Shown: positions 1-8,200 of the stretch, piece after piece
How the letters are laid out: the number at the start of each line of letters is the position of its first letter
Numbering within the stretch: position 1 is the stretch's first letter
Source: Eubacteriales bacterium
GTDB taxonomy: Bacteria; Bacillota; Clostridia; Oscillospirales; CAG-272
NCBI GenBank assembly: GCA_045613605.1
Contig: JAZLBH010000151.1
Location: 1 to 47,590, forward strand
DNA length: 47,590 nt
Direction: 5' to 3'
The notes under the pieces: model-generated
Databases searched by the model: none
Seen by the model: only the letters and a program-made list of their open reading frames with translations
Told to the model about the DNA's origin: nothing
Position numbers and translations under genes: made by a program

Positions 1-79
1 CTCCCACCAAAATCTCATTTTTTCCTTTAATGGGTGCAACCTTGGTCTCGGTTGCACCCATATCGATACATATGGTCAT
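1..79 (-). CDS. 5' fragment of a sugar-kinase-like protein (ASKHA fold; ROK/BadF/NanK-like); continues beyond the window start
   Basis: ATG at 77-79, 1 nt after the TAA (81-83) of the upstream permease. It opens a frame reading MTICIDMGATETKVAPIKGKNEILVG to the window edge. I-x-I-D-x-G-x-T-x-x-K resembles the phosphate-1 loop of ROK/BadF sugar kinases. Only 26 codons are visible. Confidence 0.3.
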   Translation of the reverse strand, partial: MTICIDMGATETKVAPIKGKNEILVG

Positions 80-80
80 A

Positions 81-956
81 TTATCCTTTTACAGCTCCTA
101 CTGTTACACCCTTTGTGAAATACTTAAGTACTAATGGGTAAACAAGAAGGATGGGTATTATACTTACAACGATCATAGCCGCCTCTATATTGCTCTTTTG
201 AATATTTTCAAGCGTTCCCGAAAGTACGTCGGGCTCGGACTGAATATAGTTAAGCATATAGAGTGACAAGGGGTACCATTTTTCTTCAGTACCAAGATAA
301 AGCAATGCGCTTGTGTAGTTGTTCCAAAGCGTAACCGCTGTGAACAAGCTTACGCTCGCTACACATGGCATGGACATTGGCAACAAAATTTGAAACATTA
401 TCTGAAGATTGTTTGCTCCGTCGATCGAAGCAGATTCTTCAAGCTCACCCGGAAGCGATTCAAGATAACTCTTTATCAAAATAAGGTTATAAACCTGAAC
501 TACCGAAGGCAAAATCAATGCCCAAGGTGTTTTTGTGAGCCCTAATGCACTTACAACAAGGTAATTAGGAATCATACCGCCTGAGAAGATCATGACGATA
601 ATGAAGAACACCATAAGCGCCTTACGAAGTGGGAATTGTGGCTTAGACAATGCATAAGCCGCAGCGAACATTACCGTTACTGAAAGCAATGTTCCACATA
701 CTACGACAAGGAATGATACACCCATCGCTCTCCAAAATCCGGGATCAGAGAACACGTATTGGAAGTTAAAGAGTGTAAAGCCCTTGGGAGTAAAGTTAAC
801 GTCATTACCCGCAGTAGAAAGAGCTACTGAAAGTACGTTAAGAAATGGTATAAAGCAGATAACCGAAATAATTATCAACATAAAAACGTTGATAAAATTA
901 AACACGCGGTTCTCTTTTATTTTATTGTTACGTTTTACTGTCAAATTCTTATCCAT
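81..956 (-). CDS. carbohydrate ABC transporter permease (CUT1, MalG/LplC-like)
   Basis: ORF-track frame 81..965 starts at a GTG. The first ATG (954-956) lies just past the TAA (959-961) of the preceding permease. Multiple hydrophobic TM stretches. EAA-type loop LESLPGELEESASIDGANNLQIMFQILLPM is typical of sugar ABC permeases. Confidence 0.85.
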   Translation of the reverse strand: MDKNLTVKRNNKIKENRVFNFINVFMLIIISVICFIPFLNVLSVALSTAGNDVNFTPKGFTLFNFQYVFSDPGFWRAMGVSFLVVVCGTLLSVTVMFAAAYALSKPQFPLRKALMVFFIIVMIFSGGMIPNYLVVSALGLTKTPWALILPSVVQVYNLILIKSYLESLPGELEESASIDGANNLQIMFQILLPMSMPCVASVSLFTAVTLWNNYTSALLYLGTEEKWYPLSLYMLNYIQSEPDVLSGTLENIQKSNIEAAMIVVSIIPILLVYPLVLKYFTKGVTVGAVKG

Positions 957-958
957 AA

Positions 959-1900
959 TTACCACACACCATTTCCTGTTTTCTTTTTACTAAAGTAGTT
1001 AGCGCTAAGTATCAAAATCAAAGAAATGATACCGTTAAACAAACCTACCGCAGTTGATAAGCCGTAATTACTCTTACCCATTCCGAATCCCAATCTATAT
1101 ACGTAAGTACCAATGATTTCACCGGTTTCTCTTGTTTGTGAGTTGAGCATAGCATAAACCTGCTCAAAGCCCGCATCCATAAGATAACCGATACGAATTA
1201 TAAGCATTACTATAATTGTAGGCATAATCGAAGGAATCGTTATATTCCAAATTTGCTTCATCTTACTTGCACCGTCAATTTTCGCAGCCTCGTACAAAGC
1301 AGGGTCAATGGACATAATAGCCGCAATATAAGCAATTGAGCTATAACCAATTTCCTTCCAACCTGAAAGAATTACAACAAGCCATCTAAACCATCCCGGC
1401 TCACCCATATAGTGAATCGCTTCTCCGCCAAGAGCCACACCGATGTTATTGATTGGGCCATACATTCCGAAGATACTGTTGAAAATACCAACGATAACTA
1501 CCCAAGAGAAAAAGTGAGGCAAGAATACTATTCCCTGCACGAGCTTAGAAAATCTTTTATTTCTAAGCTCTGTGATCATTACTGCCAATACAACGGGCAA
1601 TGGGAACAAAATAACAATCTTCATAACAGAAATAATCAATGTGTTTCTGATATAAGAAAGAATTTCAGGGTCGGAAAAGAGTATCTTGAAGTTTTCAAGT
1701 GTCCACTCGGACTTTTGGAACGCCGTAAAAACGTCGTATCTCAAAAAGTTTGGGTTGTCCTTGAATGCAATCAGAATACCCGCCATAGGTAAATAAGAGA
1801 ATATGAGAGCAAACAATACTGCAGGGATAACAAAAGGAATCAAGCTTTTATACTTTTTTACTTTTGCACCCAATGTCATTTTTTCCTTTTTAGTGCTCAT
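959..1900 (-). CDS. carbohydrate ABC transporter permease (CUT1, MalF/LplB-like)
   Basis: 313-aa polytopic membrane protein. EAA loop YEAAKIDGASKMKQIWNITIPSIMP. AAGGAG lies 8 nt upstream of the ATG. Confidence 0.85.
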   Translation of the reverse strand: MSTKKEKMTLGAKVKKYKSLIPFVIPAVLFALIFSYLPMAGILIAFKDNPNFLRYDVFTAFQKSEWTLENFKILFSDPEILSYIRNTLIISVMKIVILFPLPVVLAVMITELRNKRFSKLVQGIVFLPHFFSWVVIVGIFNSIFGMYGPINNIGVALGGEAIHYMGEPGWFRWLVVILSGWKEIGYSSIAYIAAIMSIDPALYEAAKIDGASKMKQIWNITIPSIMPTIIVMLIIRIGYLMDAGFEQVYAMLNSQTRETGEIIGTYVYRLGFGMGKSNYGLSTAVGLFNGIISLILILSANYFSKKKTGNGVW

Positions 1901-1924
1901 ATTGTATACTCCTTAATGGATTTA

Positions 1925-3484
1925 TTATTTTGCAGAATACCAAGCGTTAATGGCTGCTGTAGCTTCTGTACACTTATACTGACCGTTAAGCTTTTGCTGA
2001 TAGTTAGCAAGCTCGCCTGTGCCATTCTTAAGCATAATATAGAACCAGTCCTGTGCATTTGTTTCAATGTTAGCACGGTTTGCTGTATAAGCTGCGATGG
2101 GAGGTGTAAAGTCAACAACGTTATATACACCTACTGTATCAGCATTATCCATAAGCTCTGACCAAGCTCTGAAGAGTTCGGGCTGCTTACGTACACGTGC
2201 AAGCCAATAAGCTGTGTACTTTGTTTCGTTAGAACCTGTCATATAGTAAGACGCCTGGTCCTTTTCAGCAAAGTTAGCTGCAGGCATATATCCGCCGTCA
2301 GCAGTATATGTCCAATGGTTGCCCTCTTCACCGATAACGATCTGACGGAAGTTGTCCTCTGTTTCAGTATCCTTGATCTTGGAGTTCATCCAGTCAAGAG
2401 CATAACCTGCATTTTCAGCCATGTAGTAAGGAATTGCTGTGATGTATGTATAACCGCTGCTGCGATATACCTTTTCAGGAGCATCCTTGCTGGACTTCAA
2501 AGCACGAAGGTATGCAAGCTCATTTGTAAGCTCACCGTCTGTGTTGATACCCTTAGTGTCAAGACCTGTAACGATAGCAGGAACTGTCCACAAAGAGCAT
2601 GCATAAGCAGCTGCCTTAGCACCGCTTGCACTAGAATCAAAGCTATTTACAAAACGGTTTGTTGCATCAGCAGCACCGTTTGTTGCAACTTCAACGTCGA
2701 TATAACCCTTTGTATACAAGGAGTGCATATATTCAACGTATTCGCTGTATCTGGGAGCGTTCATATAGAAAAGAACTTCACCGTTATATTCCTGCCAGTA
2801 AGAGTAGATACCGAAAGCAGCAGAAATAGAATATACGAGGGGAGTAAACTTATCGAATGTCAAAGCGGGCTGACCAAGCTTTTCTGTCAAAACCTTAAGA
2901 ACGTTTTCAAATTCTTCAAGAGTTTCGGGCATATCAAGGCCACATTCAAGCATAAGGTCATAGTTGAAAACGATGGGGTTTTCAATGTTGTCGCTGGAAG
3001 CTCTTTCGGGAATACCGTAGATCTTACCGTCAACTGTTACAACGTCCCAAGATTCCTGAGAAATATTTTCAAGCATATCGGGAGCAAACTTTTGAAGTGC
3101 TTCGATGGGAAGTTCAAGAAGCATATCCTGGTCAACAAGGTCAGCAAACTGATCCTTAGTGAGCTTCATAACGTCATACTGCTCTTTATCCATAAGGATT
3201 GTGTTAAGAGTGTTAGTAGCGTCAGCAGGAAGCTGAGTGTAAGTTACGTCGTAACCTGTAAGCTCTTCAATAAGAGCAGCTGTGGGGTCACTGTTAACTG
3301 CATCAATAGACTTACCGGAGTTAGGCATCAAAACCTTAAGAGAAGGCTTGCTATTCAAATCAATATCCATATTGATTGTTTCCGAGCCATTGTTTGTTGT
3401 GCCGTCACCGTCTTTACATGCTACAAAAGCAAGGCTTGTAAGAAGCATGGACAACATAAGCACAAGGGATAAAATCTTTTTCAT
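1925..3484 (-). CDS. extracellular solute-binding lipoprotein of the ABC importer (LplA-type, family 1)
   Basis: Signal peptide with lipobox (LTSLAFVAC|KDG). The ~520-aa size and position upstream of two CUT1 permeases fit the family. AAAGGAG RBS. Confidence 0.8.
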   Translation of the reverse strand: MKKILSLVLMLSMLLTSLAFVACKDGDGTTNNGSETINMDIDLNSKPSLKVLMPNSGKSIDAVNSDPTAALIEELTGYDVTYTQLPADATNTLNTILMDKEQYDVMKLTKDQFADLVDQDMLLELPIEALQKFAPDMLENISQESWDVVTVDGKIYGIPERASSDNIENPIVFNYDLMLECGLDMPETLEEFENVLKVLTEKLGQPALTFDKFTPLVYSISAAFGIYSYWQEYNGEVLFYMNAPRYSEYVEYMHSLYTKGYIDVEVATNGAADATNRFVNSFDSSASGAKAAAYACSLWTVPAIVTGLDTKGINTDGELTNELAYLRALKSSKDAPEKVYRSSGYTYITAIPYYMAENAGYALDWMNSKIKDTETEDNFRQIVIGEEGNHWTYTADGGYMPAANFAEKDQASYYMTGSNETKYTAYWLARVRKQPELFRAWSELMDNADTVGVYNVVDFTPPIAAYTANRANIETNAQDWFYIMLKNGTGELANYQQKLNGQYKCTEATAAINAWYSAK

Positions 3485-3518
3485 AATGATCTCCTTTATG
3501 AATTAAATAAATTTATTT

Positions 3519-5180
3519 TTAGGAAAATAATTCCATAAAAAACTTAGCTATAGCATCAAAAAATGCTTTAATAAATGCCATAAATGAGTTAGGCTTTGCA
3601 GCAGGCTCTGTGGAAGATGTATAATTAGGATCCTCTTCCCCACATTCGCACTTGCCTTCAACGTATTCGTGTTCATGAGGAACGTAATCGGGATCAACCT
3701 CTCCACATTCACACTTGCCTTCTATGAACTCGTGCTCATGAGGAGGCACGTAATCGGGATCAGCCGCTTGGCATCTTGTACAAACACCGTTATAGTATTT
3801 ATGTCCAAGAGGATTGCCGAGAGTCTCACCACATTCACATTTAGCGGGCTCTGTGCAGGTCGCATCGTTCCAGTAATGACTGTGAGAATCACCTGATCCT
3901 GAGCCTGTGTTGTAGTTAGGATCAACCTTACCACAGGAGCAAACACCGTCTACGTAGCTATGCTCGTGAGGTTCAGTCTCCTTAGACTTTTCTACAAGCA
4001 TAATAGCATTTGAAACCTTACGCATAGAACCGTCGGATGGAGAGTTACGAAGTGTAAGTGTATCATTGATACGAACTACCATCGTAGAAGAACCGCCACC
4101 GTCAAGCTCAAGTGCATACTGAGCACCGAGAACACTTGCAAGCTGTGCTTCCTGTTTAACCGTAATACCGGTAGAACCGCCCGCACCGCGTCCGTCAACT
4201 ACACAAAGGAATCCTGTACCGTCAGCCTTGAAGCCAATAAAAGTACGTGGTGCAGATGCATTACCGTCATTGTCGGTGTGACAGTCCGTGTTAACAACAT
4301 TATTGTTAACCAATGCATCATATCCGCCAACTACCCAAGTGCATCCTGCAAATTTACCTGCAGGAATTTCAACAAGGTCAACGGGCTGTCCATAAACATG
4401 ACTTGCAAAGATTTCTTCATTTGCCGCACCGTAAACGATAGCATATTGACCGCTCTTAAGAGTGAACTCTTTTGCTGTTTGAACGCCTGTAGCACTCATT
4501 GTGTAGTCAGAACCCCAAACGGGATAAGCAGTGAGATTTGTGCTTTCTGCCTTAACAACCATAGCTCCCGCATTGTATACTGTATAAGTACCTGCAACGT
4601 TATAGATTGCTATCTCACCCGATGAGGGCTGCTGATTAAATTTATCAATTTTGAAAAATTGAGGTTCATTATTTTCATTGTAAATAACGATGCGAGACTC
4701 AACCTCTGTCATTCTGCCAACCACAACTTTTCCGTTGTTATCAAAGCCAATGCAATTTTTGTTTTGCATATTTCCCTTTGTAATAACGATACCGTTATTT
4801 ACGTAGGAATCTACGTTAGCGCCTGTATTATAAAAAAAGTCGCCGTTTACCGCAAGCATAACCTTGCGTCCTGTTTCAGCCTCATAATTCTTGGCAATAT
4901 TCATAACGTTTGAAAGAGTGGTATTTGAACCGTCTCTAACACTGTGAATTACCCATTCATACTCAGCATCTGCGGTGGTAGAATTGTACTCACCGTAAAA
5001 AATCTTTTGTGTAGATCCGTTTTCTTTTACTGTTGCTTCCTTGTAAACGATACCATTAATATTCTTAGAATACGTAGGAGTAGAAAGAACGCTTGACGTG
5101 AAAGCGGATACTGTAATAGTCATCAGAAGAACCAATGCCACTACTATTGTTAAAGAAGTTAAAATTTTTTTCATTTTCAT
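3519..5180 (-). CDS. secreted phosphodiester glycosidase family protein (NAGPA/DUF2233 domain) with C-terminal Cys/His mini-modules and a conserved amphipathic tail
   Basis: N-terminal signal/anchor (ILTSLTIVVALVLLMTITVSA). Motifs AVNGDFFY and RTFIGFKADGTGFLCVVDGRG...ALELDGGGSSTMVV match the NAGPA (uncovering-enzyme-like) domain. Repeated HEHxF/YxxGxCxCGxxDP(D/N)Y units at 3621-3968. The last 23 aa (NSFMAFIKAFFDAIAKFFMELFS) are the shared tail. Confidence 0.75.
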   Translation of the reverse strand: MKMKKILTSLTIVVALVLLMTITVSAFTSSVLSTPTYSKNINGIVYKEATVKENGSTQKIFYGEYNSTTADAEYEWVIHSVRDGSNTTLSNVMNIAKNYEAETGRKVMLAVNGDFFYNTGANVDSYVNNGIVITKGNMQNKNCIGFDNNGKVVVGRMTEVESRIVIYNENNEPQFFKIDKFNQQPSSGEIAIYNVAGTYTVYNAGAMVVKAESTNLTAYPVWGSDYTMSATGVQTAKEFTLKSGQYAIVYGAANEEIFASHVYGQPVDLVEIPAGKFAGCTWVVGGYDALVNNNVVNTDCHTDNDGNASAPRTFIGFKADGTGFLCVVDGRGAGGSTGITVKQEAQLASVLGAQYALELDGGGSSTMVVRINDTLTLRNSPSDGSMRKVSNAIMLVEKSKETEPHEHSYVDGVCSCGKVDPNYNTGSGSGDSHSHYWNDATCTEPAKCECGETLGNPLGHKYYNGVCTRCQAADPDYVPPHEHEFIEGKCECGEVDPDYVPHEHEYVEGKCECGEEDPNYTSSTEPAAKPNSFMAFIKAFFDAIAKFFMELFS

Positions 5181-5192
5181 TCTCTTCTATTC

Positions 5193-5216
5193 CCCCATCG
5201 CCCGAAGGCGATGGGG
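5193..5216 (-). other. intercistronic GC-rich stem-loop (10-bp stem, UUCG loop) between the giant lipoprotein gene and the phosphodiester glycosidase gene
   Basis: Minus-strand RNA reads ccccaucgcc-uucg-ggcgaugggg. It is preceded by an A-rich run and not followed by a U-tract. It ends 12 nt before the ATG at 5180 and contains the G-rich stretch that would serve as SD. Confidence 0.6.
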
Positions 5217-5253
5217 TTATTTTGTTTTTATTAATTGTATATTCAGTTAAGAA

Positions 5254-8200
5254 TTACTGGAATGTAAATCCTGTGATACTCATCTTCTGACCTACGAGAA
5301 AACGGCAATCAAGACCAACCTGACGAGCTGCATTACCGTCGGAACCACCGTTAGGAAGGATTACGAGTGTTTCGCCCTCCTGAAGGCTTTCCCAAGCCAA
5401 TGTAGCAAAGTTGTTTACAGTTACACCGTGTGTTTTATCATTAACACCGCTGGTTGCATCAGTATAACCAGCATTTGCACCGTCGTAAATTCTTGCAACC
5501 TTACCCTGAGCATCAAGAACTACTGCTACACCATAACCGTTAGTTGTGAATGTGCCTGTAAATCCCTTATCGTAGATAATGATAGCATAGCTAGCTGCAT
5601 TTGAAGTTGTTACAGCTGTGTTATAAAGCCACTTACCTTCTGTAGCTGTGTATGTCTTAGAACCGATTGTAATTGTCTTATTGGGGTCAGCAAATGTAAC
5701 ACCTGTAAGATGCATTGTCTGGTTGAAGAGATAACGGCAGTCAAGACCGATCTGACGAGCCTTATTTCCATCCGCACCATTGGGGAATACAACAAGTGTT
5801 TCACCTTCCTGAAGCTCGGACCAAGCTACTGTTGCAAATGTATTTGCATTAAAGTGAGCAGATGCCTGTTTACCTGCGGGCAACCAATAACCAACGTTTG
5901 CACCGTCATATACTCTTGCTACTCTTCCGTATGCATCAAGTACAACTGCTACACCATAGCCGTTTGTATTGAAGCTACCTGTGTAGCTCTTGTTAAATAC
6001 CCAAACTGCCTTTGTTGCGGCATTGGATGTTGTGATTTCTTCATTGATAGCCCACATGCCATCAACTGCTACGTACAATTTAGAACCGATTGAAACTGTG
6101 AAGCAGTTGCACTTCTTAGCACAAACTTCTTCTGTGCAAGCTGCATTTGTACAGCTACCGCATGTTTCGCATACGTTTTCGCAATAATGAGTGTGACCTG
6201 CGCACTTGGAAGCACAAACCTCTTCTGTGCACTCTGCATCAAGGCAAAGTCCGCACTGAGGACATTTGCTTTCACATTCGTGAGCGGGAACGCTGAATGT
6301 ATAACCAGTCAATACTACTTCTTTACCCATAGTATTTGCCCAGTTATCGCAAAGACCCTTACCGAATGTACGAGCAGAGTCTGCTGCATTTACAGCGTCA
6401 TTGGGGAAGATAATAAGAACTTCACCTGCTTTAAGCTCAGCAAAAGCTGTTGTAGCATAGTCGCCTACTGCATAGTGGATAGCTACCTTACCTTCAGCTG
6501 TGTAGTAACCGTCCCAAGCATAACCCTTAACGAGCTTGCCGTTACCGTCAACTACAAGCGCTACACCGTAGCTATTTGTAGAGAATGTACCTGTATAATT
6601 TCTATCAAAGATAATCATCTTATAGTTCTGTGCCTTAGGCTCAGTTGTATTACCGCACTGTGTATTATACAACCATTTGCCTTCAGCTGCCATAAATGAT
6701 GTACCGTTTATAGCAAAGTATTTGTTTGCGCTTGTATCTGTGCATACACACTTCTTAGCGCATACTTCATTTGTACATTCTGTATCCTTGCATCCGCCGC
6801 AGATAGCGCAAAGGCTTTCACAGTCGTGGCAAGAGCACTTTGTTTCACAAGCCTTTTCTGTACAAGCGGGATCCAAGCATCCGTTACACTTAGCACAAAT
6901 GCTTTCACATCTGTGGCAAGCACACTGAGCAAGACACGCGGGCATGATGCAAGTTGCATCCATACACTTACCGCAATCTGCACAAGCGCTTTCACAAGCG
7001 TGCTCAGGAAGTGCTTCAAATGTTACACCGGGAATTGTTGCAAGAGCACCAATTACACGAACACCACCAAGGAAGCTACGGCCTGCATTACCGTTCAAAC
7101 CGCCGTTAGCTCCGAGAATAAGGGTTTCACCCTCAGAAAGAGATGCATAAGCATCCTTCAATGTATCACCTGCAGCAGTAACACCTGCGATACCTGCTCT
7201 GTTAGCAGCATCGAAGTACTTACCACCACTTACGCCGTCGTAAATACGAACAACCTGACCGTACTGGTTAAGGATGAATGCCTGTGCCCAGCCGTTGCTC
7301 CAAGAAAGAGTTGCATTATCTTTCTTGAAATTATATGTATAAACTACAAAGTTATAAGAACCAAGAGTAGGTTTAGCTTCATCAATAGCAATTGTTCCGC
7401 CAAGAATCTTAAGAGACTTGCCATTAATTACTACTGTTACACAGTCACATTTAGCTGCACAAACCTCATTGTCACATTCGGAAGTACATTTTGCACATAC
7501 TTCGCAAATGTCTTCACAGTTGTGAACGTGACCTGCACACTTGTTAGCGCAAGCTGATTCTGTGCATTCTGCATCAAGGCAAAGACCGCACTGAACGCAA
7601 ACACTTTCACACTTGTGTTCAAATGTGATACCGGGAATTACTACCTTCGCACCGATTGTACGGTTAGAGAGCAAGAATCCTCTTGTAGCATTACCGTTAC
7701 CGTTAGGAGCAACAAGGAGATATTCTCCTGCCTGACGAGAGTTAAATGCCTCTGTCAAGTATCCAGCTGCTGTGCACTTAGATGCATCAGCTATACCCGC
7801 AGGATTTTCAACATCATAATACTTACCGTTAGCACCGTCGTAGATACGAACTACTTCGCCGTACTGGTTGATTATAAAGGCTTCACCCCAACCGTTTGCC
7901 CAGTTGAGATTGCCTGTATAACTAGGTGTATAAATTACAAATACGTTCTTACCAAGAGCATTGAGATCCTTGTCGATTGCAACAAGAGATTCAACTGTTG
8001 TATAAGCATTACCGTTAATAGAAATTTCATAAGCACTTGTTGTAACCTCAACAACACGAGTTACTGTTGTTGCATGTGTGCCGTCAGTAGCTTCAAGGGT
8101 AATTGTATATTTACCTGCTACGCCGATATCAAATCCACCGTCGTTAACAATAGTAACTGTAACAGCTGTATTGTCAGCAACGTCGAATGTGCCGTTATCG

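Noticed and set aside
6103-7620. Periodic short DNA repeats that might suggest a CRISPR-like array
   Set aside because: The periodicity comes from in-frame, diverged Cys-module coding repeats inside a continuous 4-kb ORF. There are no identical direct repeats with unique spacers, and no cas genes.
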